A stretch of 64,000 bases of DNA. Origin: Microthyrium microscopicum (lineage: Eukaryota). The translations under genes and the position numbers were made by a program. The notes below the pieces were generated by a model. The model searched no databases, was not told the DNA's origin, and was given only the letters and a program-made list of their open reading frames with translations. Positions 13,477-25,880 of the stretch are shown piece after piece. Positions within the stretch are counted from its first letter, which is position 1; the number at the start of each line of letters is the position of its first letter. The stretch is from the NCBI GenBank assembly GCA_010405405.1, contig MU004234.1, forward strand, positions 1,577,275-1,641,274, written 5' to 3'.

Positions 13477-14719
13477 ATGAACGGCTACTCGCATCACGAT
13501 CATCACGAAGAGGATCACTTCTCCGAACCCAAAGGCGTCTCTGTGAAAACCTTCGATGCCTTTCCCAAGACCAAAGCTACATACCTGACGCGCACCCAAA
13601 CCGGCGGCCCCTGGACCCTGATACTCGTCCTCGCATCCGTGCTACTCATATTCACCGAAGCGCGCCGCTGGTTCGCTGGAAACATCGACCATGCATTCAC
13701 TGTAGAGAAGGGCGTGTCTCATCAGCTGCAAATCAACGTTGATGTTGTTGTTGCCATGCACTGCGAAGATGTCCACGTTAATGTCCAAGATGCCTCCGGA
13801 GATCTGATTCGTGCTGGTGAATCGCTGAAGCACGACCCTACCAACTGGAATCGCTGGGCTGGCCGCCGCGAGAATCATCACAAGCTAGCGGCAACATACG
13901 ACGAGGATGTTTACGGCTCAGATGATGAAGACGTGCACGATTACCTGGGAGCTGCGCGCCGCGGTCGCAGAAAGTTTTCCAAAACACCACGAGTTCGCGG
14001 CAGTCCAGATGCATGCCGCATATACGGTAGTCTCGAAGGCAACAAAGTCCAAGGCGATTTTCACATTACTGCGCGCGGGCACGGCTATGCTTCGCCAGTC
14101 GGTCATTTAGACCATAAACGTGAGCAACCACTTCTTCTTAAACTGTGTTGAAAGCTAACGTGTTCTAGAATTCAACTTCTCCCATCACATCAACGAACTC
14201 TCCTTCGGACCCTACTACCCAAGCCTCGAAAACCCACTCGATAGCACAGTCGCCACGACCGACGCCAACTTCTTCCGCTTCCAATACTACTGCAGCGTAG
14301 TCCCCACCATCTACACCACCGACGTGCATCACCTCAGCCTGTCGCCGCGCAATTCCAAGGGTGCAGCCGAACCACTAACAAATCTGGATCCCAGCGCATA
14401 CGGCTCATCTGGTAGTACCGTATGGACGAATCAATACGCCGTAACAGAGCAAAGCCGACCCGTACCCGAAAATATGGTACCTGGCGTGTTCTTCAAATAC
14501 GACATTGAGCCGCTACTACTAGTAATAAATGAGCAAAGGGGCGGATTTCTAGCACTACTGGTACGACTAGTCAACGTCGTCAGCGGAGTATTAGTTGCAG
14601 GCACTTGGATGCTACAAATCACCGACTATGCAGTCGAAAATTGGCAACGACGAGGGGGCAACGGCGGCGGACGGGAGCGTCTAGGATTTCTAGGAACGCG
14701 CGACGAGAAATATGTATAA
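13477..14719 (+). CDS. ERV41: ER-Golgi intermediate compartment / COPII vesicle protein Erv41
   Basis: Exons 13477-14119 and 14169-14719. Motifs KTFDAFPKTK, CRIYGSLEGNKVQGDFHITARGHGY, FNFSH and PGVFFKYDIEP; two TM segments. Confidence 0.9.
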
Positions 14720-14888
14720 AATCCCATGTATACCTTACCACCATATCTGCATGTATCGGCGTTTTATGGGAAACTATATGGCACTGGATTTTGTAGCGGT
14801 TAAAACGGCATGGTATCATTTTGGAATCTATCTATATTTTCCCTTGCTTTTATTGTCCATCACTTCAGCATCAGCTCTGATCATACTT

Positions 14889-16608
14889 CTACACGGTCTT
14901 CTCCGTCAAGAATATGCCATATTTCTCCTTCAGCTCCTTCATGATTGGCGCGTTGAATTCGGCATCCATTGGCGCCAAAATACCCTTCTTGTTGATCCGT
15001 CCATCTAACACCATCAACGTGGCTACACCACATGGAATACCAACCAGCTTGGCCATCGCACTGTATCCTTTTGGATCGCCGTTCTCCACTAATGTGCTTG
15101 TGCGGGTCTCCTTCTTGCCATCCTTCCACTCAATGTCGAAGCGATGCTGTAAGAACACTAGATCGCGCTCACCAGGGCCAAACTCCATCTTAGCTTCGAG
15201 TGTTGCGCAGAGAGTGTCGAGAGGCGTGTCCCGTGGGGTCACCTTCTCGTCACTGAACAATCCAATCCAGCGCAGTCCCTCAACGATGCGCTCCTTGGAA
15301 GCTGTGTCGGGGAACTTTGTCTTTGACTCGATGGCCCATACAAGGTCACTTTCGGACAGGGAACTTGTTTGAAGCACCTTTCCAGTGACTTCCTTCCATG
15401 TCAATGGGGTCGACTTTGCAGACAGGTAGTCACGCTTGTCGTCAGCCAAGAAACCCATGTCGACAAGCACTTTGACGAACTCGGGGAATCCAGCATATCG
15501 CAGTGTGCCGCGCTTGATTGTCTCGGCCTCGGGAATGTTGTAGCGTTGCTTGTCTGCTTGCTATTAGCTTGGGTCGAGGACAAGTGCGACTAGAGACGAA
15601 CATGGTGTGGAGTCACGGTTAGCATAGGCGACGAAAGGGTAGCCCATATAGCCCGTGAACCATGGCTTTGCAGTTCCCATCAACTCTTCGCTAGTAACGT
15701 GTACTTCCTTGCCGCCCTCGAAGAATTTGGCCTCGTTTTTGAGGGCGAGGAGTACGCCGCGACTGCTCCAGGAGAATTTGTAACCGAGTGGGTTGTCTGA
15801 GCACTCAGGCGCGGGCTATAAATGTCAATACGCATGATTTCTATCAAGTTTCTGACAATCACTCACCAGTCCACCGCAGTACGACCAGAAGCCCTTCACT
15901 TTGCCACCTTCCTTGTGCACATCGTTGATCATGCTAACAGCATACAAATGGTCGACACCTGGATCAACTAGAAAAGCATCAGCACCACATCTCCCATCAC
16001 AACCAGGCAAACGGATGACCGAATAAATGGCGCACTCCCATCAAGTCCGATGGCTACCATATGCTACGCTTTAGAACCGAGTCCTGTATTTCTTCGTAAA
16101 TGCTCAAGGTTATCCATTTTCCATCGAATGCGCTGGACATTGAAGCATCTTCTTGTTATAGAGTGCGATGGGAGACAGCGTAGTTGATGGGAGCGCGCCA
16201 ATTATTTCGTCGACCCGTTGCCAGGATAATCTTACCTCCAATCTCATTCATCACTGTAATACCCGCCTCTTTGGCCGCAGCCTCAAGCTCCTGCATAGCC
16301 GGGCTAACATAAGAAGTAGTCACCACGTTCTTCTTAGCCTTGATAGCAGCCTTGATAACATCGACGTGGAAGGTATATGGGATAAGCGAGATAGTGACAT
16401 CATGCTCAGCAACTGCCTTTTCGAGAGCAGCAGAGTCACTGACGTCGAGGGAGATGGGTGTCGCATTAGGGAATTGGCCAGCGAGCTTCTGGGCTTTGGA
16501 GAGGGTGCGGCAGGCGATGGTGATGGAGACGCCGGCTTTGGAAAGCACGTCGACGGTGGGTGTGGCTACAAAGCCGGAGCCGAGAAGGAGGGCTTTCTGG
16601 CCTGTCAT
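14889..16608 (-). CDS. LYS9: Saccharopine dehydrogenase (NADP+, L-glutamate-forming; saccharopine reductase)
   Basis: Exons 16608-16236, 15967-15867, 15815-15602, 15553-14889. Motifs LLLGSGFV, VVTTSYVSPAM, NEIG|VDPGVDH, SYCGGLPAPE, NPLGYKFSWSSRG and YSAMAKLVG. Confidence 0.96.
16003..16225 (-). repeat. ~223-bp inverted-repeat (MITE-like) element, copy 2, inside LYS9 intron 1
   Basis: Arms 16003-16044 and 16184-16225 are complementary (core tggcgcactcccatcaa / ttgatgggagcgcgcca); interior aligns with copies 1 and 3 in the opposite orientation. Confidence 0.8.
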
Positions 16609-17033
16609 GATGTGGTGGGAATTGGCAGTGTTCTGGTGGAGTTAGTCTTGTGACTGGGTATATCTGGAAGGAGGCAGCAGTTACTCTCTGGTTGAATGTG
16701 TGTATCGTGGTTGTGAGAAGTCTAGTTGAGCACTTTCTGGCCTGAATTGTTGGGTATGGAATGGGCTTTCGGGGTGGTTGTTTGGTGTACTTTATGTACA
16801 CCAGGTCATTGCGAAGAAATTGATAGCAAGTGGGATGAAATTTCAGCCGAGATCGGAGAGGGGTGCTTCAATGGAGCCTCTGCCAGGAACAGCCCTGCAA
16901 TATCTCGCTTCCCAAATAGGACACCACTGTTGGACGCCGGCCTTGTGGCGATCTCGGTTTCAAATCTCAGCCTGATGGTGTTAGCTTACTCCAACATCAC
17001 GTCGATTGTACATCGCGATTTCGCCTCCAGCAA

Positions 17034-17260
17034 CAATGCCAACGGCATAGCGAAGTAAATGGCGTTCTCCCATCAACTCTGATGGCTGCCACCGACGCTG
17101 TTAAGCAAAAGGTGCTATATCTCCTATTGTATTCGTTAAATTACTCAAATCTGAATAACCTTCATGGCAAATAAAGCACTCGATAAAGGAGCATAGCGTC
17201 TGGGAGCTAACAAGGCTAATGGGAGAATGCGATTTATTTTGCCGACCAGTTGACCGCCAT
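17034..17260 (+). repeat. ~227-bp inverted-repeat (MITE-like) element, copy 3
   Basis: 19-bp exact match tggcgttctcccatcaact at 17060-17078 and 12943-12961; colinear interior similarity; imperfect inverted arms. Confidence 0.8.
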
Positions 17261-17442
17261 TCCTACTTAATTCCTAATCAAAAGCATACTCATGGTGTAC
17301 ATGTATAATGTAAGACGTTCCTGGATGCGTATGCAAATATCAATTCTAAGCTATGGTACAAGGGAAGTATGATTCCCGGGATTAAAACGTCATATATCGT
17401 AACACACCCGTTCTCACACACACTTGCGTGGTCTTATACAAA

Positions 17443-20400
17443 TCACGCACCACTTTTGTCTTTCACTAGTTCGCTTTCCACCCCATCTGCTCTCAGTGGA
17501 ACCTCTTTTCTAGACGGCTTCGCCTCACGTTGCAAAATTACATCCAACGCTTTCAATCTCACCGGCTTTGAAAAGAATTCGTTGACCCCGCTGGCCTCCG
17601 CCTCGCGCTGTTTCTCCTCCGTCACCAGTCCAGTCAGTGCCACGATAGTGACGGCCGGTAGGTGTTCTTGACGCTCGAACTCTCGGATCGCACGCGTGGC
17701 TGCTATGCCGTCGAGTCGTGGCATTTGAATATCCATGAATATGCAGCTAAAGTTACCTCTCCCGGCTTGGTATGCTTCAATGGCGAATTGACCATCAGTG
17801 GCAATGATGACTGGGTAGCCTTTGCGGGAGAGATATGTGGAGAGTAACTTCAAGTTGACATCGTTATCGTCCACAAGAAGGAAGGGAGCAACTTCTGGCG
17901 GAGTTTTGAGAGATGTTGAAGCGCTGGGCTTTTCGGACTCCAGGTTACTTTTCGAGTCTGGTTCTGTCGGCTTAGATAGTGTACCTGGCTCTGGGTTTTG
18001 AAGTTGGTGATCAAATGGCGCTTGAGTTTGAGCAGGGACTTTTCCGGACACGTGCGGCTTGGGAGTTGCTGGGTGGTCGAGAAATGGTGAGACTGAGCGA
18101 GCTCCTACACGAGCTTCCGGATTAGGCACTGGTAGTCCATCTTTAATGGCCTGCTGAGCTTGAATATCTGTCCAGCGATCAAGGCAGAGAGTGATGGTTT
18201 TCGCTACTTTGTGGGGGCTACATCTATAAAGCAATTGATGTTAGCATGTGGCAAACTGGATATTGATGTTAGAGACTTACGGTTGGGAAATGTACTCAAA
18301 AATACCATATTTGTTCGAGGTCTTGGCTCTCTTGGTAAGATCATGGGCAACGCCAGCTGTGGGACAAATCACGATACAAGGCTGTACAAATATTCCGGCC
18401 TCGTTCATAGAAGCCAATTCTTGCGCTCCAGCTTGAGTGGCAATGTAGATAGCCGGCTGGGTATCGGTGTCCGTCGCGGCCAACACATCCATTTGCAGTG
18501 AGTCCTGGCACAAGGTATAGATTGACGCTCTAGGGAGCTGCCAATCATTGTCAAGTTGCAGAGTCTCTGCTTCACCAGATATAGCATCATGCTCCTGAAA
18601 GCCGAACAGAGAGACGCGAAGACCTTTAGTTCGCTGTAATCGGTCGAAGTACAAGCTGCTAGTCTTCGTTTCTTTGGTTATGGGCTCGCGTGTCAAATGG
18701 AGCAAAACGCCCATGGTAGTGCCTTTTCCAACAGTGCTTGAAACCTCAATCTTGCCATTGAGCGAAGCAACAATCTGGTGAGTAATTGACAGACCGAGAC
18801 CAGTGCCTTGATTCAATGTGTCCTCCTGGCTAAAGGGCTTAAACAAGTGATTGGCAAGATATTCCCTGCCTATACCTTTTCCTGTATCCTGAATAACAAT
18901 CTTGATCTCTGATATGTTATTTGGCTTCCGTTTGGAAAGCTCGCGCTGCGTCACCGATACTTTGATGTGACCCACAGTCGTATACTTGAGCGCATTTCCA
19001 AAGAGATTCATTACAATTCGTCTTAGCGCTCCGGCATCGAGACCAAACGTCCAATTTCGTATAGAAGGATCTATTTCCAGAATAATCTTCACGTTCTGCT
19101 GATGGGGACTTGGGGATGCATCTTGCTTGCTTGGCATACCTCCAGGAGCCATGCTCGGCAATTCAATGTTCTCCGCTTGTGACCCACTCGGAACTGTTTT
19201 CGATTGCAAAAATTCGTAACCGGCGAATATGCTTTCTATTACTTCCTCAGTAACTGTATCGATTTCGATAAGGGGTATGCCGCTCTTTGCTTCTTTCTTG
19301 AAGCTTGGTGGCCTCGGAAGTTTACGTTGTTCGCGACGGCGAAGCTTGGCTACACGAACAGACTGGTTAATTTGACTTGCAGTTAGTAAATGCTCAATGG
19401 TATCCAAGAGCATTATTCCACACGTCTCAACGGTGTGTACCACATTAGCCTGGAAGACATCAATCTCAGTGCCGTGTAGAATCTCGACACCTCCTAGGAT
19501 GCCATGAAGGGGAGATCTTAGCTCGTGAGAAATTGAGCTCAAAAGTGTTGTTCTTGACTTGTTGGCATTGTCAGCATCCATTCGAGCTACCTCAGCCATG
19601 GTAACCATTCCAAAAGCACGCAAGTAACTCAATTCGCCTTTGGAAGAGAAAACGCGAGTTGGAGTCCGAGTCCAGCAAACTCCTCCGGCGAACCAGCGTT
19701 CCCTATGGGAGTCTAGATAGTTTGGTCAGAAATGTTTATGTGAAGCATCTTGTCAACCCAAGTTTTTGGGGTGATGATCTGCGGCAATTCCGTACAATGT
19801 AATTTCGAGATGAAATCTTCATAGCAGAATAGCTTTCAATCAATGCCAGCTTTGCTTCACGGAATCACTTACCCCAAAGAGGAAACGCCAGAACGCTACG
19901 AGCTCCAGGAAAAATAGAGATTATTAGGGCAGCTTCGTTCACCCTAGAATATGTGCTGTGTTTACGCCGCAATCGAGGTTTTATGGTTGCAGTTGCCGAC
20001 ACGTGCGAGCCTTCATCGGTATCGGTTTCACCATCCGTAACGAACTCTCCTTCTGCATTGAAATTGAAGATTTTGCCCATAGGATATCTTCTCAACAGGA
20101 TACGAAGGAAGCGCTCTGGAACCGTGAGATGCCCTGCGGAGGGTTTTTTGCCGTCGATACTGGAGCCATCAGTCATAGAGAATCCAAACACATCGCACGT
20201 GGTTTCATCAATATTAGTGTGTATGGTTGACCTCGTGGGTAGCGATTGATCTTCTGAGCCAGAGGAGGAGGTCGTTGAAGCGGTAGAGGTAGAAGATGTA
20301 CCTTCCGAGCCATCGCGCGAACCACCACGCGAAGTATCACGTTTTCCAGGATCGACCGCTCCACCCCAGTACCCTACGCTAGCATCAAAGAAGAGAACGC

Positions 20401-21738
20401 CCTCAACCTCAATAGACTCTCTTATAATGTTAGCTGCTCTAGAAAACAGCTGCTGGAGGTCATCCACTGGGGGTGGAGCCTTGGCAGCTGTTGCAGGAGC
20501 AGCTCCTGCATCATGGTCTACTTCTTCCGCCGGGTGGTCTATGGGGCTCTCCGGGTCTTGCAAGTGGTCCTCTATACTGTGCCATGTGTCGACTGAGCTT
20601 TGGGATACTTGCCTTACAAAGGGTCCAGGTCTGGATGGGGGCTGAGCTGCCTCGCGCAGATTTTTGGCACTTGTGGGCAAGGACGGACTTGTTCCATCAT
20701 GGGAAGAAACTGTAGCTTTCTCCGAGCTCTCAATACTCTCTTTCTTGAGCATGGCTACTTGTTGTAATTTATTCAAAGATCCTTCGCGGCTCTGACCGTC
20801 CCTTTTCACGGTGGATTGCGCATGTTCAACCAGTCCAGACATTGTAGATTGGCGCTCCACAAAACTCCCGAGACCTCTGACCATGCGAGAACTGCGATCA
20901 TACTCCCGCCTTGTGCGGACCAGGTTGAGATGATTCATAATTGTTCTGGACATCTGAAGCTTTATCAGCATTGGAACCTCATAGCGCGACCAATGCTAGT
21001 CATGATTGGCTAAAATGGTAACTGGCGGTCATGCAAAGATGGTTTGGATAGATCAACTTACATCCTGCAAGGACTCTTTATCCACTTGTGTCAATGCTGT
21101 TCGCGGTTGACTGTCTAGCACACCTAGAACCCCAATATACGACCCATCGTGACTGAGTATGGGCACAGCAGCGCAGAAAATTGCGTTCTCCGGCACTGTT
21201 GGGAAAGGCACCGAGCAGAATCGGTCGTCCTCCCGTAAATCTTGAACCGCGAGCACGGGAAGCGGTATCAGGTCTGCCTCTCTGACGGAAAGAAGGCTTT
21301 GCACTGCAGTTTCAAGCAGAAGACTAGGAAGGCTGAAGGCATGCCGCGTGGCTATACCACACATAACAAGTTCCGTCTCTTTGATTTCAGATGGCGGTCT
21401 CAATTTCGACCATGCAGTTGCTTCGCCAACAGTATAGCAATATGTCCGGTCGAGTAAGGAGATAAATGCTCGCTGAGCACTTAATCGCATGAGAGCCAGC
21501 TGAGCGAAAGCAGCTAATGAGGTGTCATTGCACGGGCGTGCGGCTGGGAATGTTTGTTGGAGAGTGTCAACATAGGCATGGATGTCAGCAACATTGAGAT
21601 ATCTAAAAGTTTGTCATTAGCAAACGCTCTCACTTTTGGTAGAATGGTTTGGGCAGGAAACCTGTAAGTTTCCCGCTCGCGAACTATGCGAGCCGCACTC
21701 AAGGCGGTTTCCTCATCGTTGGCGTCCATGGAAGCCAT
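17443..21738 (-). CDS. Hybrid sensor histidine kinase/response regulator with N-terminal GAF-like region
   Basis: Exons about 21738-21662, 21602-21062, 20953-19873, 19712-18281, 18223-17443. Motifs AFAQLALMRL..RAFISLLDR; H-box SISHELRSPLHG; N-box NLFGNALKYT; DTGKGI; GTGLGLSI; receiver LVDDN/FMDIQMP/KP. Confidence 0.93.
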
Positions 21739-22882
21739 TGGTGAGGAAAAGGAGACGGAATGTCTCTAGCAAGACAGTAGGTGATGCAGAGCTTTCAATC
21801 GAGGGATAGTGTTGATTTGAGGCGCATAACATGTTCATTGTTGTTATGGGTGCAGAAAGGGGATGGACATGGTCAGCCCTTTTTTAAAAGACGTAGGGAG
21901 TAAGAGGCAGGAACATGTCAAAGGGACCAACTCACAAACTGCAGGTGGTCCATGATGTCACTAACTTTTTTCGAGAGCACAACCCTTGTTGGATTCTGGA
22001 CCCTTCGGAGTTGACTCCGTCAACCACCAATGTCACATGATTTTACAGTTTGGATTCGGCCTCCTCCTTAGAGTACACTGTACACCTCTATGCTATCTTT
22101 TCTGAGACTAGCTGGGTTGTCGTAGGGCAGGTCTTGTTTGCAAATACTTGTCGCGAGGGAAGGCTCCTCGAGTACCACACCAGCAAGTGAAGCAACAGAA
22201 ATCAACCCGACCATGCTTTGGCGCTCGAGGAGTCATGATGGAGCAATTGGCAAGTGCGCGAGTGATGATAGAGAATGATAGAGATCAATACGATACTCAA
22301 GGACATCTGGAGGAGCTGGATGTACTTGCCCTTGCCGCCATCTTGCTGCGGACTGGAGATCGATAGGCCATATGGATCGGAGTCCTTCCAGCCATAACGT
22401 TGCGCAAGGATCTGAAAAGTTGCCGAGCATCGGCAATAATCAGCATTTGAAACACTAAACACCAAAACTTTTAGATGCTAGCGCACGTTGCACCCTGTCT
22501 GAAGCCTAAGCAACAGGTTGATGATAGTCACGATAATAATCCTCGAGACATGCCTGAAAATAGTTCATTATTTCAATAGTTGAAAATTATATGCGTGTTT
22601 TTGGTCCATTTCAATGTTGCCTAAATGATTACCGTCACTATCACGCCGCCAATTATGCGTTGCATATTGATCCATCCAGCCAGCCAGTTTTGTTGCTTGG
22701 GGGTATATTGTTGCTTAAAGTACCGAGTATACATTTGGTGTTAGACCAATGTACCAGTGTCGATAACAAAGTCAAAAGGCCTAATTAGACAACAACCCAC
22801 GGTTAGTACAAATCATGTCTAAAAATAGTATGTATATCATACAGATAAATACCTTGTAACCTTGTGGTGTACATGGTTGCTT

Positions 22883-23146
22883 TCATTGCGAGCCTGTATG
22901 AGGCTCTGCGGGTAGATACTCATTGAAGGCGTATCCAAAGTATGAGAAGATCTCACGTTGAAGCTGTCGACGATGGCCTAGCTTAATCTTAAGATCAACC
23001 AGTGCCTCTTCAGTAATTCCTGTCACATCGGCCCAGGTTTGATAGCCATTGGCTAGGAAAACATCGAGGTACTGCTGTAAGCCGATCTTGTGCAGGACCT
23101 GTTGCAGGCTGGGCGGGTCCATAGATGTTGTGGATGAGACGGACAT
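22883..23146 (-). CDS. Small stand-alone SAM (sterile alpha motif) domain protein, ~87 aa
   Basis: LQQVLHKIGLQQYLDVFLANGYQTWADVTGITEEALVDLKIKLGHRRQLQREI is a typical SAM domain. First ATG at 23146; the longer TTG-start ORF is probably not all coding. Confidence 0.7.
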   Translation of the reverse strand: MSVSSTTSMDPPSLQQVLHKIGLQQYLDVFLANGYQTWADVTGITEEALVDLKIKLGHRRQLQREIFSYFGYAFNEYLPAEPHTGSQ

Positions 23147-25195
23147 TTGATAGTGGAAGAGGCTCTGGAGTCTGGACGAGCCAAGCCAGAACCCAGGCTG
23201 TAAGGTTTTCGTGTGGCCGCTTGAAGTTAGGAGGATCGCATCGTGGTGATGAAAAGACTGATATCTTGATATGGGGACTTGTCGGCTGAACCGTGGCGTT
23301 GTTTTATGTCTTGCGGCATACTGCCCATGGCCGCATATATTCATGTGGTTGTCTTCAACTTTGGTGCGAGACTGCGAGTGGAGGATGAGCTCTGACGTCA
23401 CTGACCCACAAAGCTGTATCGTCAACTTTTCTCCGCGGTGCTCGCTGCTGCCCAAGCTGCCATGCTGCTACTCCACCACCGCCACCATAACCACTACCTA
23501 GGTAGGTACCTATCCTTAATCTTGCTGCAGCTTCAGTTTCACCGCTCATTACTACTACCCACTACTAGTAGCATCGCGACAGACAGTCTGCCAATTTACC
23601 TGCATCTGACGTACGTCCTAACTTTGCTGAAATCTATCGGACCCTGCATGTGTTGCTGAAAGTTCTAGAACACGGCATTGGCCATCGCGGACCACTCAGT
23701 CGGGATATTGTGGAGAATTGCAAGGCCAGCACATTCTACGGTTGTACCTCTGTCAAGGGCCAAGGCCCACTCCCTGCTTTTCACTACTTGGCAGGGTCCA
23801 CTGCCGCATTGGATAACGATCTATCGTATGGCCTCATTGGTCTGAAGGTATGTACGGATATGCACTGTTGACTTAGCTTTGCAATGTATCAAAGCCTTAA
23901 GACTTGGTCATGCGCACCCTGTTACGCCATCCCACATGAATATCAGTTTCTCAGCCTGGTTATTACCAGTTATATGGACTAATACAATACGTTTAGCAGG
24001 TGAGGTAGTCTGATATGGCGGTGTCAATGGCAGTCAACGCCAAATGGAGACTTGATACTTCTACACGCATGGCAAGAGTGTACACTACGAGTTGAATTTC
24101 TTATCATGATTCATGTTGGGCACATCATGCAAGCAGGATCGAGTTTGTAGTAAGCATTAGCACTACATGCTTTTACCAATCGTCTTGCTACTGCTTACTG
24201 CTCACTTACCGACTCCCGCTCGGCTGATTATGGTTCCACCCACAAACGTTGCATGATCATCTACGCCTTGTCTTTAAGGTTCTGGCGAACCGCCGAGTAC
24301 TTTGGACTAGCGGCATGTACGATCCGATTCGGATATACCCAGGGTTGAGCTTCCGATAACTTATCCTTTACTCGTAAGGACAATGGTCTGTCTTCTTTTC
24401 AGCATTGTTCGACTCCATCATATCTTGGTATTCTCAGTATTTAGGTCTTCACGGCTTTGTCAAGCGAAGAAAGCTGACCGTCAAGAGGAAGACTGAAACA
24501 TCTACTTCTTGTAGCTAAGCTTTCTCACTAAGACCATATGAATCAACTCAATCTTGTCGCACAAAATAGGCACAAGTACTGAACCACAAGAAGTAACTAG
24601 TGTATACTGCTGGCTATATAACTTTTATTGCTACTGTGCATCGTCACTCCCGAAGCCAATATGGCACATGAATGCCAAAGCATCTATACCCGGATTGTTA
24701 TATTCAGTTCTACAGTAAATTGTGCTTCATAGCGTTTATCCCTCGCTGGCAATATCTGGCTGCCAGCGTTGTCAACATTGAACAACCGACCAGTCATGGC
24801 ATGATTTCTACGAGTGACATTTATATTGATTTCTTATGAAACTAGGCTGTGTTATCATACATTATAGCACACTCTATAGCAGAAAACTTGGCAGTGTTGT
24901 AAGTTTATCGTCCAGAGGGAATGCTTCAATCAAAGCGGCATTGAAGTTAGACGAATACCTCTAGAAAATGGTCTGCTGACCTGGCAATGTCTCGAAGTAT
25001 CCGTCAGAATATTCACTATCGCTTTGAGTAGCGTAACATGACAGTAAATGCACCCGCATGGAAGTTGCGGTGTAGGAATTGATGCTGAATGATTGCTCGA
25101 GCGTGCCAGCTTAAAATAGAAGCTGATGCTCACCAACGTTATGCACGTCTCGGTGGAGTTGTTGAGCAGACATGCGATTTTCTGCACTTCACGAT

Positions 25196-25880
25196 ATGGC
25201 TTTGGTTCCATACAAGGGTTTGATTCTTATTGCACTTCTTGCTCATTCAACACAAGCTAGTCCAATAGATACCGAGAACAAAGCGGAGGCCCATAATCTA
25301 ACCATGAAAACATATAACCCAGTGAGCCTTAAACCTGCCATGTGTCACTCTCTGCTAATTAGACAAGGTCTCTTTAACCTGCGACAAGCCAGAATGGGGC
25401 CATTTAACAGCTCGCGGCTGGTCTGAAGCAAGAGATCACTTACATGGTTTGAAAGGCACCTGGACTAAACCTGGAGGAGACGCCACCTGCGATCGAGTCA
25501 GTTGTTCTTGGGATAGTGCTGTGTTTCTTTGCTCAACTGTAAGTTGCCATCAAAAACACGAGCGGCTTAGTTTTGCAAGTTGAGTGGATCACTGACAGTT
25601 CTTGTTGTAGAATCCGAATGAGATTACACATTCTTGGAGCGATGTGGCTGACATGTTTGATGCTATCGAGAGTAAATGTGGAATTGCACAGTAAGTGGTT
25701 CTTTCATATGAGCCTTGATTCTGCCCTCCCGATATCTAGGTTGTCATTCTGCCAACACGATGCAGATCCAAAATCGTTAACCTCCACTAAGTTGAGTCTT
25801 TATGCTGACAGCATACTAGTAATGGGCAGACATCTGATGCGGATTTATTCACTGTTATCGCTGCGGAAACACGGTGCTAG
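25196..25880 (+). CDS. Small secreted cysteine-rich protein (145 aa, 6 Cys; CxRVSCSW motif), effector candidate
   Basis: Exons 25196-25321, 25368-25538, 25611-25690, 25820-25880 splice in frame. Signal peptide MALVPYKGLILIALLAHSTQA|SP; motif CDRVSCSWDSAVFLC; C-terminal Cys. Confidence 0.85.

Noticed and set aside
15968..16235. LYS9 intron 1 as a snoRNA or known TPP riboswitch
   Set aside because: No convincing C/D or H/ACA layout or TPP core was seen, and homology to two intergenic copies explains the main stem.
24322..24334. Palindrome atccgattcggat (CCG/CGG, Zn2Cys6-like site)
   Set aside because: Too short to distinguish from chance without conservation data.
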